Assembly: GCF_000014785.1 (NCBI RefSeq) | Contig: NC_008340.1 | Coordinates: forward strand, 960,001 to 992,000 | DNA length: 32,000 nt | Source of the DNA: Alkalilimnicola ehrlichii MLHE-1 | GTDB lineage: Bacteria > Pseudomonadota > Gammaproteobacteria > Nitrococcales > Halorhodospiraceae | Reading direction: 5' to 3' | Shown: piece after piece, positions 19,652 through 27,477 of the stretch | How positions within the stretch are numbered: position 1 is the stretch's first letter | Layout: every line of letters begins with the position of its first letter | The notes under the pieces: model-generated | The model's database searches: none | Told to the model about the DNA's origin: nothing | Seen by the model: the letters and a program-made list of their open reading frames with translations, nothing else | Made by a program: the position numbers and the translations under genes

Positions 19652-20581
19652 ATGGAAAATCTGCAAACCGTACCGCCGGAGCTGGAGACCCTGCGTGATT
19701 TCGTCCGCTACGCCGCCAGCCGGTTCAACGAGGGTGGGCTTGTGTTCGGGCACGGGACCGACAACGCCCTGGATGAGGCCGCAGCGCTGGTGCTGCACAC
19801 CCTACGCCTGCCGCCGGACCTGCCGGCGGCGTGGTGGGACAGTCGGCTTACCGCCAGCGAGCGCCAGGCGATCGTGGCGCGGGTGAAGCGGCGTATCGAG
19901 GAGCGCCTGCCGCTGCCCTATCTGACCCACGAGGCCTGGTTCGCCGGCCTGCCGTTCTACGTCGATCGGCGGGTGCTGGTGCCGCGCTCGCCCCTGGCGG
20001 AGTACATCCAGCGTGGCTTCGAGCCCTGGCTGTCGACAGACCACGTACACCGGGTGCTGGACGTGGGCACCGGCGGGGGCTGTATCGCCATCGCTTGCGC
20101 CTACGCCTTCCCGCAGGCGCGGGTGGATGCGGTGGATATCTCCCGCGATGCCCTGGACGTGGCGGAGATCAACGTCCAGCGCCACCATTTGGAGGAGCGG
20201 GTGGCGCTCATCCCCTCCGATCTGTTCGACGGCTTGCCCCGGGAGAACCGGTACGAGCTCATTATCAGCAACCCGCCCTACGTGGATGCCCGGGACATGA
20301 GTGACTTGGCGCCGGAGTTCCGCCATGAGCCGCGGCTGGGCCTGGAGGCGGGTGACGACGGGCTGGATCTGGTGCGGCGTCTGTTGGCGCGTGCGGGTGA
20401 TTTTCTCACCGAGGAGGGCATACTGGTGGTAGAGGTTGGCAACAGCGCCCCGGCGCTGGAGGCGGCCTACCCCACCGTGCCTTTCCTCTGGCTGGAGTTT
20501 GAGCATGGCGGGGACGGGGTCTTTTTGTTGACGGCCGACCAGTTGCGGGAGCACGCCTCGGCGCTGGCCTTGCCGCAGTGA
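19652..20581 (+). CDS. prmB: ribosomal protein L3 N5-glutamine methyltransferase
   Basis: MENLQTVPPELETLRDFVRYAASRFNEGGLVFGHGTDNALDEA.., the SAM motif VLDVGTGGGCIA, and NPPY (ISNPPYV). The track ORF start at 19202 is antisense to the SCO1 gene. Confidence 0.88.
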   Translation: MENLQTVPPELETLRDFVRYAASRFNEGGLVFGHGTDNALDEAAALVLHTLRLPPDLPAAWWDSRLTASERQAIVARVKRRIEERLPLPYLTHEAWFAGLPFYVDRRVLVPRSPLAEYIQRGFEPWLSTDHVHRVLDVGTGGGCIAIACAYAFPQARVDAVDISRDALDVAEINVQRHHLEERVALIPSDLFDGLPRENRYELIISNPPYVDARDMSDLAPEFRHEPRLGLEAGDDGLDLVRRLLARAGDFLTEEGILVVEVGNSAPALEAAYPTVPFLWLEFEHGGDGVFLLTADQLREHASALALPQ

Positions 20582-20602
20582 TAAGCCATCGGGTGAACGG
20601 TC

Positions 20603-21886
20603 ATGCGTATCCTTAATCGTATCTTTGTTCTGGTGCTGTTGGCCCTGGTGCTGACGGCCTGCGCCGCCAATCCGGTCACCGGCCAGCGGGAGCTGGCGCT
20701 GCTCTCCGAGCGGGAGGAGGTAGCCATTGGCGAGCAGCATTACGACACCACCCAGCAGTCCATGGGTGGGCCGTATACCACCGACGAGGCACTGAACCGG
20801 TACATCAACCGGGTCGGACAAAGCCTGGCGGAGGTGAGCGACCGGCCGCACCTGCCCTACGAGTTCGTGGTGATCAACGACAGCACCCCCAATGCCTGGG
20901 CGCTTCCGGGCGGGAAGATGGGCATCAACCGCGGGCTGTTGCTGGAGATGGACAGTGAGGCGGAGTTGGCGGCGGTGCTGGGCCACGAGATCGTCCATGC
21001 GGCGGCGCGCCACGGTGCCCAGCGCGTGGAGCGGGGGTTGCTGTTGCAGGCGGGCATTATGGCGGTGGGGATCGGTGCCTCCGCCGCTGATCGGGATATC
21101 GGTCCGCTGCTGGTTGCCGGTGCCGGGATCGGGGCCACCCTGATTATGCAACGCTACAGCCGGCACCACGAGCTGGAGGCCGACCGCTTCGGCATGGAGT
21201 ACATGGCTCGGGCCGGTTACGACCCCCAGGGGGCGGTGGACCTCATGGAGACCTTCCTGCGCATGCACGACCGCGGGGACCCTTCCTGGCTGGAGGGGCT
21301 GTTCGCCAGCCATCCGCCCTCGCGTGAGCGGCTGGAGGCCAACCGGCAGACGGTGCGGGAGCTGCAGAGCCGGTGCGGGGAGTGCCGGATGGGCCGAGAG
21401 GCTTACCAGCAGGCCATCGCCGGGCTGCGCGAGCGCCAGGAGGCCTTCGAGGCCCATGACCGGGCCCGCGAGGCGCTGAGGGCTGGCAACACCGCGGAGG
21501 CGATGCGCCTGGCAGACCAGGCGGTGCAGCGATACCCGGATGAGGCCATTTTCCACGGCCTGCGGGGCGACATCCTGTCCGTCCGGGGCCAACACGGCCA
21601 GGCGGTGCGGGCCTACGACCGGGCTCTGGTTAGAAACAGCGAGTACTTTGCCTTCCACCTGGGCCGGGGCATGGCGCACAACGAGCTGGGTAACCACAGC
21701 CAGGCCCGTCGTGACCTGGAGCGCAGCAACGACCTGCTGCCCAATGCGGTGGCCCACAATGCGCTGGGCAAGCTGGCTTTGGCCGCCGGCGATACCGACC
21801 GGGCCCGCGGCCACTTCACGGTGGCGGCCCAATCCAACAGCCCCGAGGGGCGGGAGGCTCAGGCCCGGCTGCAGCGGCTGCAATAA
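20603..21886 (+). CDS. M48-family zinc metallopeptidase lipoprotein with C-terminal TPR repeats
   Basis: Lipobox LVLTAC, HEIVH zinc motif with downstream ELEADRFG, and a TPR-like C-terminal half. Confidence 0.85.
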   Translation: MRILNRIFVLVLLALVLTACAANPVTGQRELALLSEREEVAIGEQHYDTTQQSMGGPYTTDEALNRYINRVGQSLAEVSDRPHLPYEFVVINDSTPNAWALPGGKMGINRGLLLEMDSEAELAAVLGHEIVHAAARHGAQRVERGLLLQAGIMAVGIGASAADRDIGPLLVAGAGIGATLIMQRYSRHHELEADRFGMEYMARAGYDPQGAVDLMETFLRMHDRGDPSWLEGLFASHPPSRERLEANRQTVRELQSRCGECRMGREAYQQAIAGLRERQEAFEAHDRAREALRAGNTAEAMRLADQAVQRYPDEAIFHGLRGDILSVRGQHGQAVRAYDRALVRNSEYFAFHLGRGMAHNELGNHSQARRDLERSNDLLPNAVAHNALGKLALAAGDTDRARGHFTVAAQSNSPEGREAQARLQRLQ

Positions 21887-21902
21887 CCCGGAGCGGCTGC
21901 AG

Positions 21903-22356
21903 TAACCGGTCACTGCGAGCCCCGCCCCCGTCACGCGGGGCTTGCAGTGACGGTGGGTGCGGGGCACCACCCCCCGTCATCGCGAGCCCCCCTCCCCGCT
22001 GCGCGGGCGCGAATCAACGAGGAACGGGGCACCCCCGGTCATCGCGAGGGCCGAAGGCTTTCTCCCCGTCATCGCGAGGGCCGAAGGCCCGTGGCGATCC
22101 AGAGGGGTAGACTGCCGCGTCGGCTTCGCCTCCTCGCAGTGACGGTGGGGGTGCCCCCACACCCCGTCATCGCGAGGGCCGAAGGGCCGTGGCGATCCAG
22201 AGCGGTAGACTGCCGCGTCGGCTTCGCCTCCTCGCAGTGACGGTGGGGGTGGGTCCGCGCTCGCAGTGACGGTGGGGGTGGGTCCGCGCTCGCAGTGACG
22301 GTGGGGGTGGGTCCGCGCTCGCAGTGACGGTGAGGGCGGTTCCGCGCTCGCGTGAC
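21903..22356. repeat. REP/BIME-like mosaic repeat cluster 2, in the convergent M48/ydbL intergenic region
   Basis: Uses the same modules as cluster 1. These are an inverted pair gtcactgcgag (21909-21919) / cttgcagtgac (21941-21951), the linker, module C (21976..22030), module A twice (22068..22145 and 22166..22243), and 29-bp tandem repeats. Confidence 0.85.
22231..22346 (+). repeat. 29-bp head-to-tail tandem repeat, 4 copies plus a partial fifth
   Basis: ctcgcagtgacggtgggggtgggtccgcg occurs at 22231, 22260 and 22289, identical each time. A diverged copy follows at 22318 and a partial one at 22347. There are no spacers. Confidence 0.85.
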
Positions 22357-22390
22357 GGAAGGGGGCGTAATGGCGAGCTCGCCCCCTTCC
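22357..22390. other. perfect 11-bp hairpin downstream of the ydbL-like gene
   Basis: GGAAGGGGGCG (22357-22367), a 12-nt loop, then CGCCCCCTTCC (22380-22390). There is no U-tract on either strand. Confidence 0.45.
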
Positions 22391-22408
22391 GTCTGCCCGG
22401 TTCGGATG

Positions 22409-23026
22409 CTATTTCTGTCGCCAGTTACCGCGGCTGTCCTGGTAGTACCAGCCGGAGGGGGCGCGGGTGCGCCAGCGCTCGGCGAAGGTCTGGCGGATGT
22501 CGCCCTCCCAGTCGGGGCGGTTATTGGCCTCGGCGATCTCCCGGTAGAGGGCATTGCGGTCCCGGTTATCCTGCTCCACCAGGTTGCGGACGGTGTTGCG
22601 CTCGGCGAGCGGGATCGCCCCCTGGTCGCGGATGGTGATCAGTCCGTCGTTGGTCAGGCCGATGGCACCGCTCTCGTAGTAGGGGCGTAGCTGCGTGTGC
22701 CGGTCGCGCATCTGGCGGGTGAGTTCCCGGATCCGCGGGGTCTCGATGTCCAGGTCCGCCTGGGCCCGGGCCGGGGGCACCATCACGTTGAGCACCCGCA
22801 TGGCCACCGGCTGTTGTGCCTCCGGTGCCGGCAGGCCGGACTGCGGCTCGCCTTCCTCGGACGGGTTGCCGCGGGGCTGGGCCTCGGGCCCCCAGACGTC
22901 CTCGATGATGCGGTCGGCGGCCCGTTCGGCCGCGACCGTGGGGAAGTAAACGTTGATGGTCACGCAGGCGCTCAGCAGTATCAGGGCGCTGAGCAGCGCA
23001 GCGGCACGCCAGGGGGTTGCATTCAT
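22409..23026 (-). CDS. ydbL: DUF1318/YdbL-family periplasmic lipoprotein, with an N-terminal YnbE-like segment and a P/E/Q linker
   Basis: MNATPWRAAALLSALILLSAC lipobox. The C-terminal ~100 aa (..SGAIGLTNDGLITIRD..DNRDRNALYREIAEANN..GWYYQDSRGNWRQK) resemble YdbL. The ATG at 23026 is preceded by GAGGAA. The gene is adjacent to a ydbH-like gene. Confidence 0.7.
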   Translation of the reverse strand: MNATPWRAAALLSALILLSACVTINVYFPTVAAERAADRIIEDVWGPEAQPRGNPSEEGEPQSGLPAPEAQQPVAMRVLNVMVPPARAQADLDIETPRIRELTRQMRDRHTQLRPYYESGAIGLTNDGLITIRDQGAIPLAERNTVRNLVEQDNRDRNALYREIAEANNRPDWEGDIRQTFAERWRTRAPSGWYYQDSRGNWRQK

Positions 23027-23132
23027 GGGGCGTTCCTCGCAATGACGGGTTGTTCCGTGTTGGTTTAGACGGTCGGTGCAGGGATTCGGTTCAGCCTGCC
23101 CATGCGGTTCAGTAAAGCGCAAAGCGGGCCCC

Positions 23133-25169
23133 TTAGTCGACCACCGGGGCCTCCTCTTGGGCCAATACCTGGCCAATCTGTTCGCGCAGGGCGGGCCAAC
23201 TGACCTCGGTGGCGAAGCCGATGATATTCAGACGGGGCAGGGCGCGGCCCTCGATCAGGTAATAGCCGCCGTTGGCCGGTGCCACCCCGCCCATGTGGCA
23301 AACCCCGCCCTCCAGGCGACAACTAATGCCCAGCCGCCGATAGCGGAAGGTGTCGAAGAAGCGCAGAAATTGCCGGGAGACCCAGTCCGCCGGGGTGCTG
23401 CCGCCGATCTGGGTGATGTTCTCCACCGCCCGCTGGCTGATGCGGCGGCGCTCGCCTGTGCCCTCCGGCGACCAGATGCGCGCATCGAAGGCGACCGGCT
23501 CCCAGCCGATCAGGTGCAGACCGAGGATATCGGCGTGGGCGTAGCCCTCGATCCTGCCCAACTCCAGCACCTCGGTGAAGCTGTCCAGATCCCAACTGCG
23601 CATGCGCAGGTCGGCGCGGAAGACCGGTGCGGGGCCGAAGGGGTCCTCCAGGCTTAGCTGATCCACCCGGAGCAGCCCGCCGAAGACCTGGGCGATGAGG
23701 GTGCCGCCCAGGCCCAAACGGCCATCACGATAGCTCAGCTCTGGCAGCCGGCCGGAGAGGGTGCCGGAGAGCGGGGGCCAGTCCAGGGCGGTGGTCAGTG
23801 CACGCAGATCGATGGGCAGGATGTCCGCCTCGAAGCGGATGTCCAGCTGGTCGGTGCCGAGCCCGCTCAGCCGCAACTGGTGGACCCGCAGGGCGCCGTC
23901 CACGATTGGCAGCCGTTGGCCCGGGGGCAGGCGGACCTCGCGCCCGTGGGCGGTGAGGCGCAGCGCGGTCTCGCCCAGCGGCAGTTGCAGCAGGCTGGCC
24001 TCGCGCCAGCGCAGACGGCTCTGGGGTGGCGCCTCACGGTCCGCCCCGTGCCAGAGCAACCGGCCGCTGAAATCACGCAGCGCGAAGCGCTGCTGAGCAT
24101 CGTCCAACTGCAGGCCCCGGGCCGTCACCTCGGCAACTTGGGGGGCGCCCTCGGCCCACTCCAGACGGGCGTCCAGGCGGCCGTGTGGCTGCAACTGGTC
24201 CAGGTTGCCGCCCAGCAGCCAGGGGTGCAGGTAGACGGCATAGAGGCCATCCGCCCGCCCGTCGCGCAGGCGCAGCGAGAGCGCTCGCAGGCCGGTGCGG
24301 TCCAGCCGCCCCTGTCCAGTCAGCTCCCCTTGGCCCTGTTGACGCAGGGTGAAATGGCGCACGTCCCAGCCCCCTTCGGTCGTATCCCAGTCCACGCCCG
24401 CGGTCAGGCGTGTCGGGTGTTCACCCAGGTCAAGGAAGACCGGTTCGGCATAGGCCTGTCCTTGCTCGCTGTCGAGGCTGGCGCGCAGCGCCCAGGGGCC
24501 CGTGCCCCGGCGGTGGGCCATCAGACGGCCGTCCACGCGCAGGCCTTCAGCGGCGAGCCGGCCGCTTGCGTCCTGGCCGCTGAGCTCGGCGCGCCACTCC
24601 AGCCAGCCGCGGGTCCGCTGCCCGTCGCCGCTCAGGCGGCCGTCGGCGCTCAGTTCGCCCCCGAGGTCCGTTCCCGCCGGCAGCCAGTCCGCCAGCAGCC
24701 GGCCCGGATCTGAGACCCGGAGGCGGTTCAGGTCCAGGGTCCAGCCGTCCGGGTCGCTGCGCACCGCCAGATGGCCTTCGATACCGGTCGTCGTCAGCCG
24801 CCAGCGGGTATCCAGCCGGCTGCCGTCCAGGCGCAGGGCCAGGTGGCCCTCCCCGTGGACCTTGCCCAGGTGGGGCAGGGTTGCGGACAATGTGCCCGCT
24901 TCGCAGCGCAGGCCCCCGGCGGGCAGTTCCAGGGTGCCGCAACGCAGGCTGAGCCCGGTGAGCTCGGTGCCATCGTCCAGGCGCAGGGTGTCGATCCGTA
25001 TCTCGGTATCGCCATCCCGCAGGGGCAGACGCAGACTCAGGCCTTCGGTATGCCAGCCCTCGCCCGTCACCGAGCCAAGGTCCAGGGACAGCCGGTCCAC
25101 GGCCATGGCGTGCGGTGTGGCCACCAGGCTGAGCAGGGCGAGCACGAGGGGGTAGGCGATCCGGGCCAC
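23133..25169 (-). CDS. ydbH: YdbH-like AsmA-family envelope protein (intermembrane lipid transport family)
   Basis: N-terminal anchor IAYPLVLALLSLVATPHAMA and a long, repetitive, beta-rich body. The C-terminal region (..RISQRAVENITQIGG..FRYRRLGISCRLEGGVCHMGG..YYLIEG) resembles the YdbH C-terminal domain. The start is uncertain: GTG at 25169 or GTG at 25229. Confidence 0.65.
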   Translation of the reverse strand: MARIAYPLVLALLSLVATPHAMAVDRLSLDLGSVTGEGWHTEGLSLRLPLRDGDTEIRIDTLRLDDGTELTGLSLRCGTLELPAGGLRCEAGTLSATLPHLGKVHGEGHLALRLDGSRLDTRWRLTTTGIEGHLAVRSDPDGWTLDLNRLRVSDPGRLLADWLPAGTDLGGELSADGRLSGDGQRTRGWLEWRAELSGQDASGRLAAEGLRVDGRLMAHRRGTGPWALRASLDSEQGQAYAEPVFLDLGEHPTRLTAGVDWDTTEGGWDVRHFTLRQQGQGELTGQGRLDRTGLRALSLRLRDGRADGLYAVYLHPWLLGGNLDQLQPHGRLDARLEWAEGAPQVAEVTARGLQLDDAQQRFALRDFSGRLLWHGADREAPPQSRLRWREASLLQLPLGETALRLTAHGREVRLPPGQRLPIVDGALRVHQLRLSGLGTDQLDIRFEADILPIDLRALTTALDWPPLSGTLSGRLPELSYRDGRLGLGGTLIAQVFGGLLRVDQLSLEDPFGPAPVFRADLRMRSWDLDSFTEVLELGRIEGYAHADILGLHLIGWEPVAFDARIWSPEGTGERRRISQRAVENITQIGGSTPADWVSRQFLRFFDTFRYRRLGISCRLEGGVCHMGGVAPANGGYYLIEGRALPRLNIIGFATEVSWPALREQIGQVLAQEEAPVVD

Positions 25170-25200
25170 AGTGGTGAGTATCCTCCCGTTGCAGGGGTTC

Positions 25201-25241
25201 CACCGGCCGGGTGCGCGGATTGCGTCCACCCCCGGCCGGTG
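25201..25241. promoter_or_regulatory. 11-bp perfect inverted repeat in the ydbH/recQ divergent region
   Basis: CACCGGCCGGG (25201-25211), 19 nt, then CCCGGCCGGTG (25231-25241). Confidence 0.3.
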
Positions 25242-25291
25242 CTAGCGTGCCTTCATTCCAAAACGAGCGCAGGGACGCGCAGGGTATCGTT

Positions 25292-27127
25292 ATGTCTAAC
25301 GTAGTGGATCATTGTACCGCCGAGTCGGCCGACCCGGCATTGACGCTGTTGCATCGGGTGTTCGGCTTTCGCGGCTTCCGCGGCCAGCAGGGGGAGATCG
25401 TCCGCCATGTCAGTGACGGCGGCGATGCGCTGGTGTTGATGCCCACCGGGGGCGGCAAGTCGTTGTGCTACCAACTCCCTGCACTGCTGCGTCCGGGCGT
25501 GGCCATTGTGGTCTCGCCGTTGATCGCACTGATGCAGGACCAGGTCCGGGCCCTCAGCCAAGCCGGGGTGCGCGCCGCCTCCTTGAACTCCACATGCGGT
25601 CTGGAGGAGTTGCGGACGATCGAACAGGACATGCGCCGCGGTGAGTTGGACCTGGTCTACATGGCGCCAGAGCGGCTCATGACCCCGCGCATGCAGGAGC
25701 TACTGCAACAGGTGCCCATCGCCCTGTTCGCCATCGATGAGGCCCATTGCGTCTCCCAGTGGGGTCACGACTTCCGCCCTGAGTACCTGCAGCTCTCCGT
25801 GCTGCATGAGCGCTTCCCCCGGGTACCGCGCATCGCCCTGACCGCCACCGCGGATGCCCGCACCCGGCAGGAGATCGTCAGACGCCTGGGCCTGGACGAG
25901 GCGCGGCAGTTTCTCTCCAGCTTCGACCGGCCCAATATCCGCTATCGGGTCACGCCGCGGCGCAATGCCCGCGATCAGCTCTGGCGGTTCCTGGAGACGG
26001 AGCACCCCGGGGATGCCGGCATCGTCTACTGCCTCTCCCGGCGCAAGGTGGACGATATGGCCGAGTGGCTGAACAGCAAGGGCCGCCCGGCGCTGCCCTA
26101 CCACGCCGGTCTCGACGCGGCCACGCGCCAGCGCAATCAGCAGCGCTTCATCGAGGAGGAGGGGCTGATTGTGGTGGCGACCATCGCCTTCGGCATGGGT
26201 ATCGACAAGCCCGATGTGCGGTTCGTGGCCCACCTGGACCTGCCGCGGAGCATGGAGGCGTATTACCAGGAGACCGGGCGGGCCGGGCGCGATGGGCTGC
26301 CGGCCACCGCCTGGATGACCTACGGCCTGCAGGATGTGATCACCCTGCGCCAGATGCTGGACAGTTCCGAGGCGGGGGAGGCCCACAAGCGGGTGGAGCG
26401 CCACCGGCTGGAGGCCATGCTGGCCTTCTGTGAGCACACCGCCTGCCGCCGGCAGTCACTGTTGGGCTATTTCGGCGAGGACCTGCCCGAGCCCTGCGGC
26501 AACTGTGATACCTGTCTCGAGCCGGTGGAGACCTGGGACGCCACCGAGGCGGCCCGTAAGGCCCTGTCTGCGGTCTACCGCACCGGCCAGATGTTTGGCG
26601 TGGCCCATCTGGTGGATGTCCTGCGCGGCCGTGAGACCGACCGCGTCCGGCAGTTCGGTCACCACCGCCTGTCGGTCTTTGGGCTGGGGGCGGACATGGA
26701 GGCGGGGCAGTGGCGCACCCTGTTCCGCCAGTTGGTGGCTCTGGGCCTGGTGGAGGTGGACCTGGACGGCTACGGCGGCTTGCGCCTGGCCGAGCGTTGT
26801 CGCCCGGTGCTGCGCGGCGAGCAGCCCCTGCACCTGCGCCGCGATCCGGCGCCGGCGCGCGCCCGGCGAAAACGGGCGGTGCCCGAGACCCCCTTCGCCC
26901 GGCCGGAGGACGAGCAGCTCTTCGATGCCCTGCGCGTCTGCCGGCGAGAGCTGGCCAGGGATCAGGGAGTCCCCCCTTATATGATCTTCCATGACTCCAC
27001 CCTGCGTGAGATGGTAGAGCTGCGCCCCGACACCCTGGATGCGCTGGCCGGCATCAACGGGGTGGGGGAGCGCAAGCTCTCCCTGTACGGGGACGACTTC
27101 CTCGGCGTGGTGCGCGAACACCTGTGA
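25292..27127 (+). CDS. recQ: ATP-dependent DNA helicase RecQ
   Basis: FGFRGFRGQQGEIV.., Walker A MPTGGGKSLCYQLPA, DEAH (IDEAHCVSQWGHDFRPEY), the Zn-binding C-x-C cluster (CRRQ..CGNCDTC), and a C-terminal HRDC region. 611 aa from the ATG at 25292. Confidence 0.95.
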   Translation: MSNVVDHCTAESADPALTLLHRVFGFRGFRGQQGEIVRHVSDGGDALVLMPTGGGKSLCYQLPALLRPGVAIVVSPLIALMQDQVRALSQAGVRAASLNSTCGLEELRTIEQDMRRGELDLVYMAPERLMTPRMQELLQQVPIALFAIDEAHCVSQWGHDFRPEYLQLSVLHERFPRVPRIALTATADARTRQEIVRRLGLDEARQFLSSFDRPNIRYRVTPRRNARDQLWRFLETEHPGDAGIVYCLSRRKVDDMAEWLNSKGRPALPYHAGLDAATRQRNQQRFIEEEGLIVVATIAFGMGIDKPDVRFVAHLDLPRSMEAYYQETGRAGRDGLPATAWMTYGLQDVITLRQMLDSSEAGEAHKRVERHRLEAMLAFCEHTACRRQSLLGYFGEDLPEPCGNCDTCLEPVETWDATEAARKALSAVYRTGQMFGVAHLVDVLRGRETDRVRQFGHHRLSVFGLGADMEAGQWRTLFRQLVALGLVEVDLDGYGGLRLAERCRPVLRGEQPLHLRRDPAPARARRKRAVPETPFARPEDEQLFDALRVCRRELARDQGVPPYMIFHDSTLREMVELRPDTLDALAGINGVGERKLSLYGDDFLGVVREHL

Positions 27128-27139
27128 AGGCAGAAAGCC

Positions 27140-27457
27140 ATGACCCTACGCAACGAACTCAAGGAATTCATCGTCAACCGCGTGCGTGAGGCGGTGCCGG
27201 CCGAGGCCATCTATCTGTACGGCCCCGGAGTGGAGGGCCCGGAGGCGCCCGACCGCCACCTGGAACTGCTGGTGGTGGTGCCCGAGGCCTACGATCCCCC
27301 ATCGCGTCGGGGCATTCACCTCCAGCGCAGCCTCAGCAAGGTCGACCGGCCCATCCAGTTGCAGGTGGTGACCCACGAAGAACTGGAGCGCGAGCGCAAC
27401 CATCTGCACTCGCTGGTCCATCGGGTGTTGCTCAAGGGCGAGCGGATCTTCGGCTGA
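27140..27457 (+). CDS. MNT-like nucleotidyltransferase-fold protein with a degenerate catalytic motif
   Basis: IYLYGPGVEGPEAPDRHLELLVVV aligns with the NTase hGS..DxDhhV motif, but Ser becomes Pro and D-x-D becomes H-L-E. The third acidic site appears as Q (PIQLQVV). 105 aa with host-like GC. Confidence 0.6.
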   Translation: MTLRNELKEFIVNRVREAVPAEAIYLYGPGVEGPEAPDRHLELLVVVPEAYDPPSRRGIHLQRSLSKVDRPIQLQVVTHEELERERNHLHSLVHRVLLKGERIFG

Positions 27458-27477
27458 GCTCAGAACGGCTCCTGAAC

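Noticed and set aside
19802-21970. 722-aa minus-strand ORF spanning prmB and the M48 peptidase
   Set aside because: It is antisense to two well-supported plus-strand genes and crosses their intergenic spacer. The product is low-complexity and R/G/P/Q/H-rich.
22231-22346. Possible CRISPR array, given the 29-bp repeat length
   Set aside because: The repeats are directly adjacent with no spacers. They derive from the REP-like arm, and no cas genes or leader are present.
21947-22554. ORFs inside repeat cluster 2 (21947..22240, 21957..22142, 21977..22162 minus strand, 22069..22554 minus strand)
   Set aside because: The same repeat-derived pseudo-peptides as in cluster 1. The last one also runs into the real ydbL-like gene out of frame.
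23880-25304. Plus-strand ORFs (23880..24713, 24502..25155, 24771..25304) opposite the ydbH-like gene
   Set aside because: These are shadow ORFs of a high-GC gene. They overlap one another in different frames and have no motifs.
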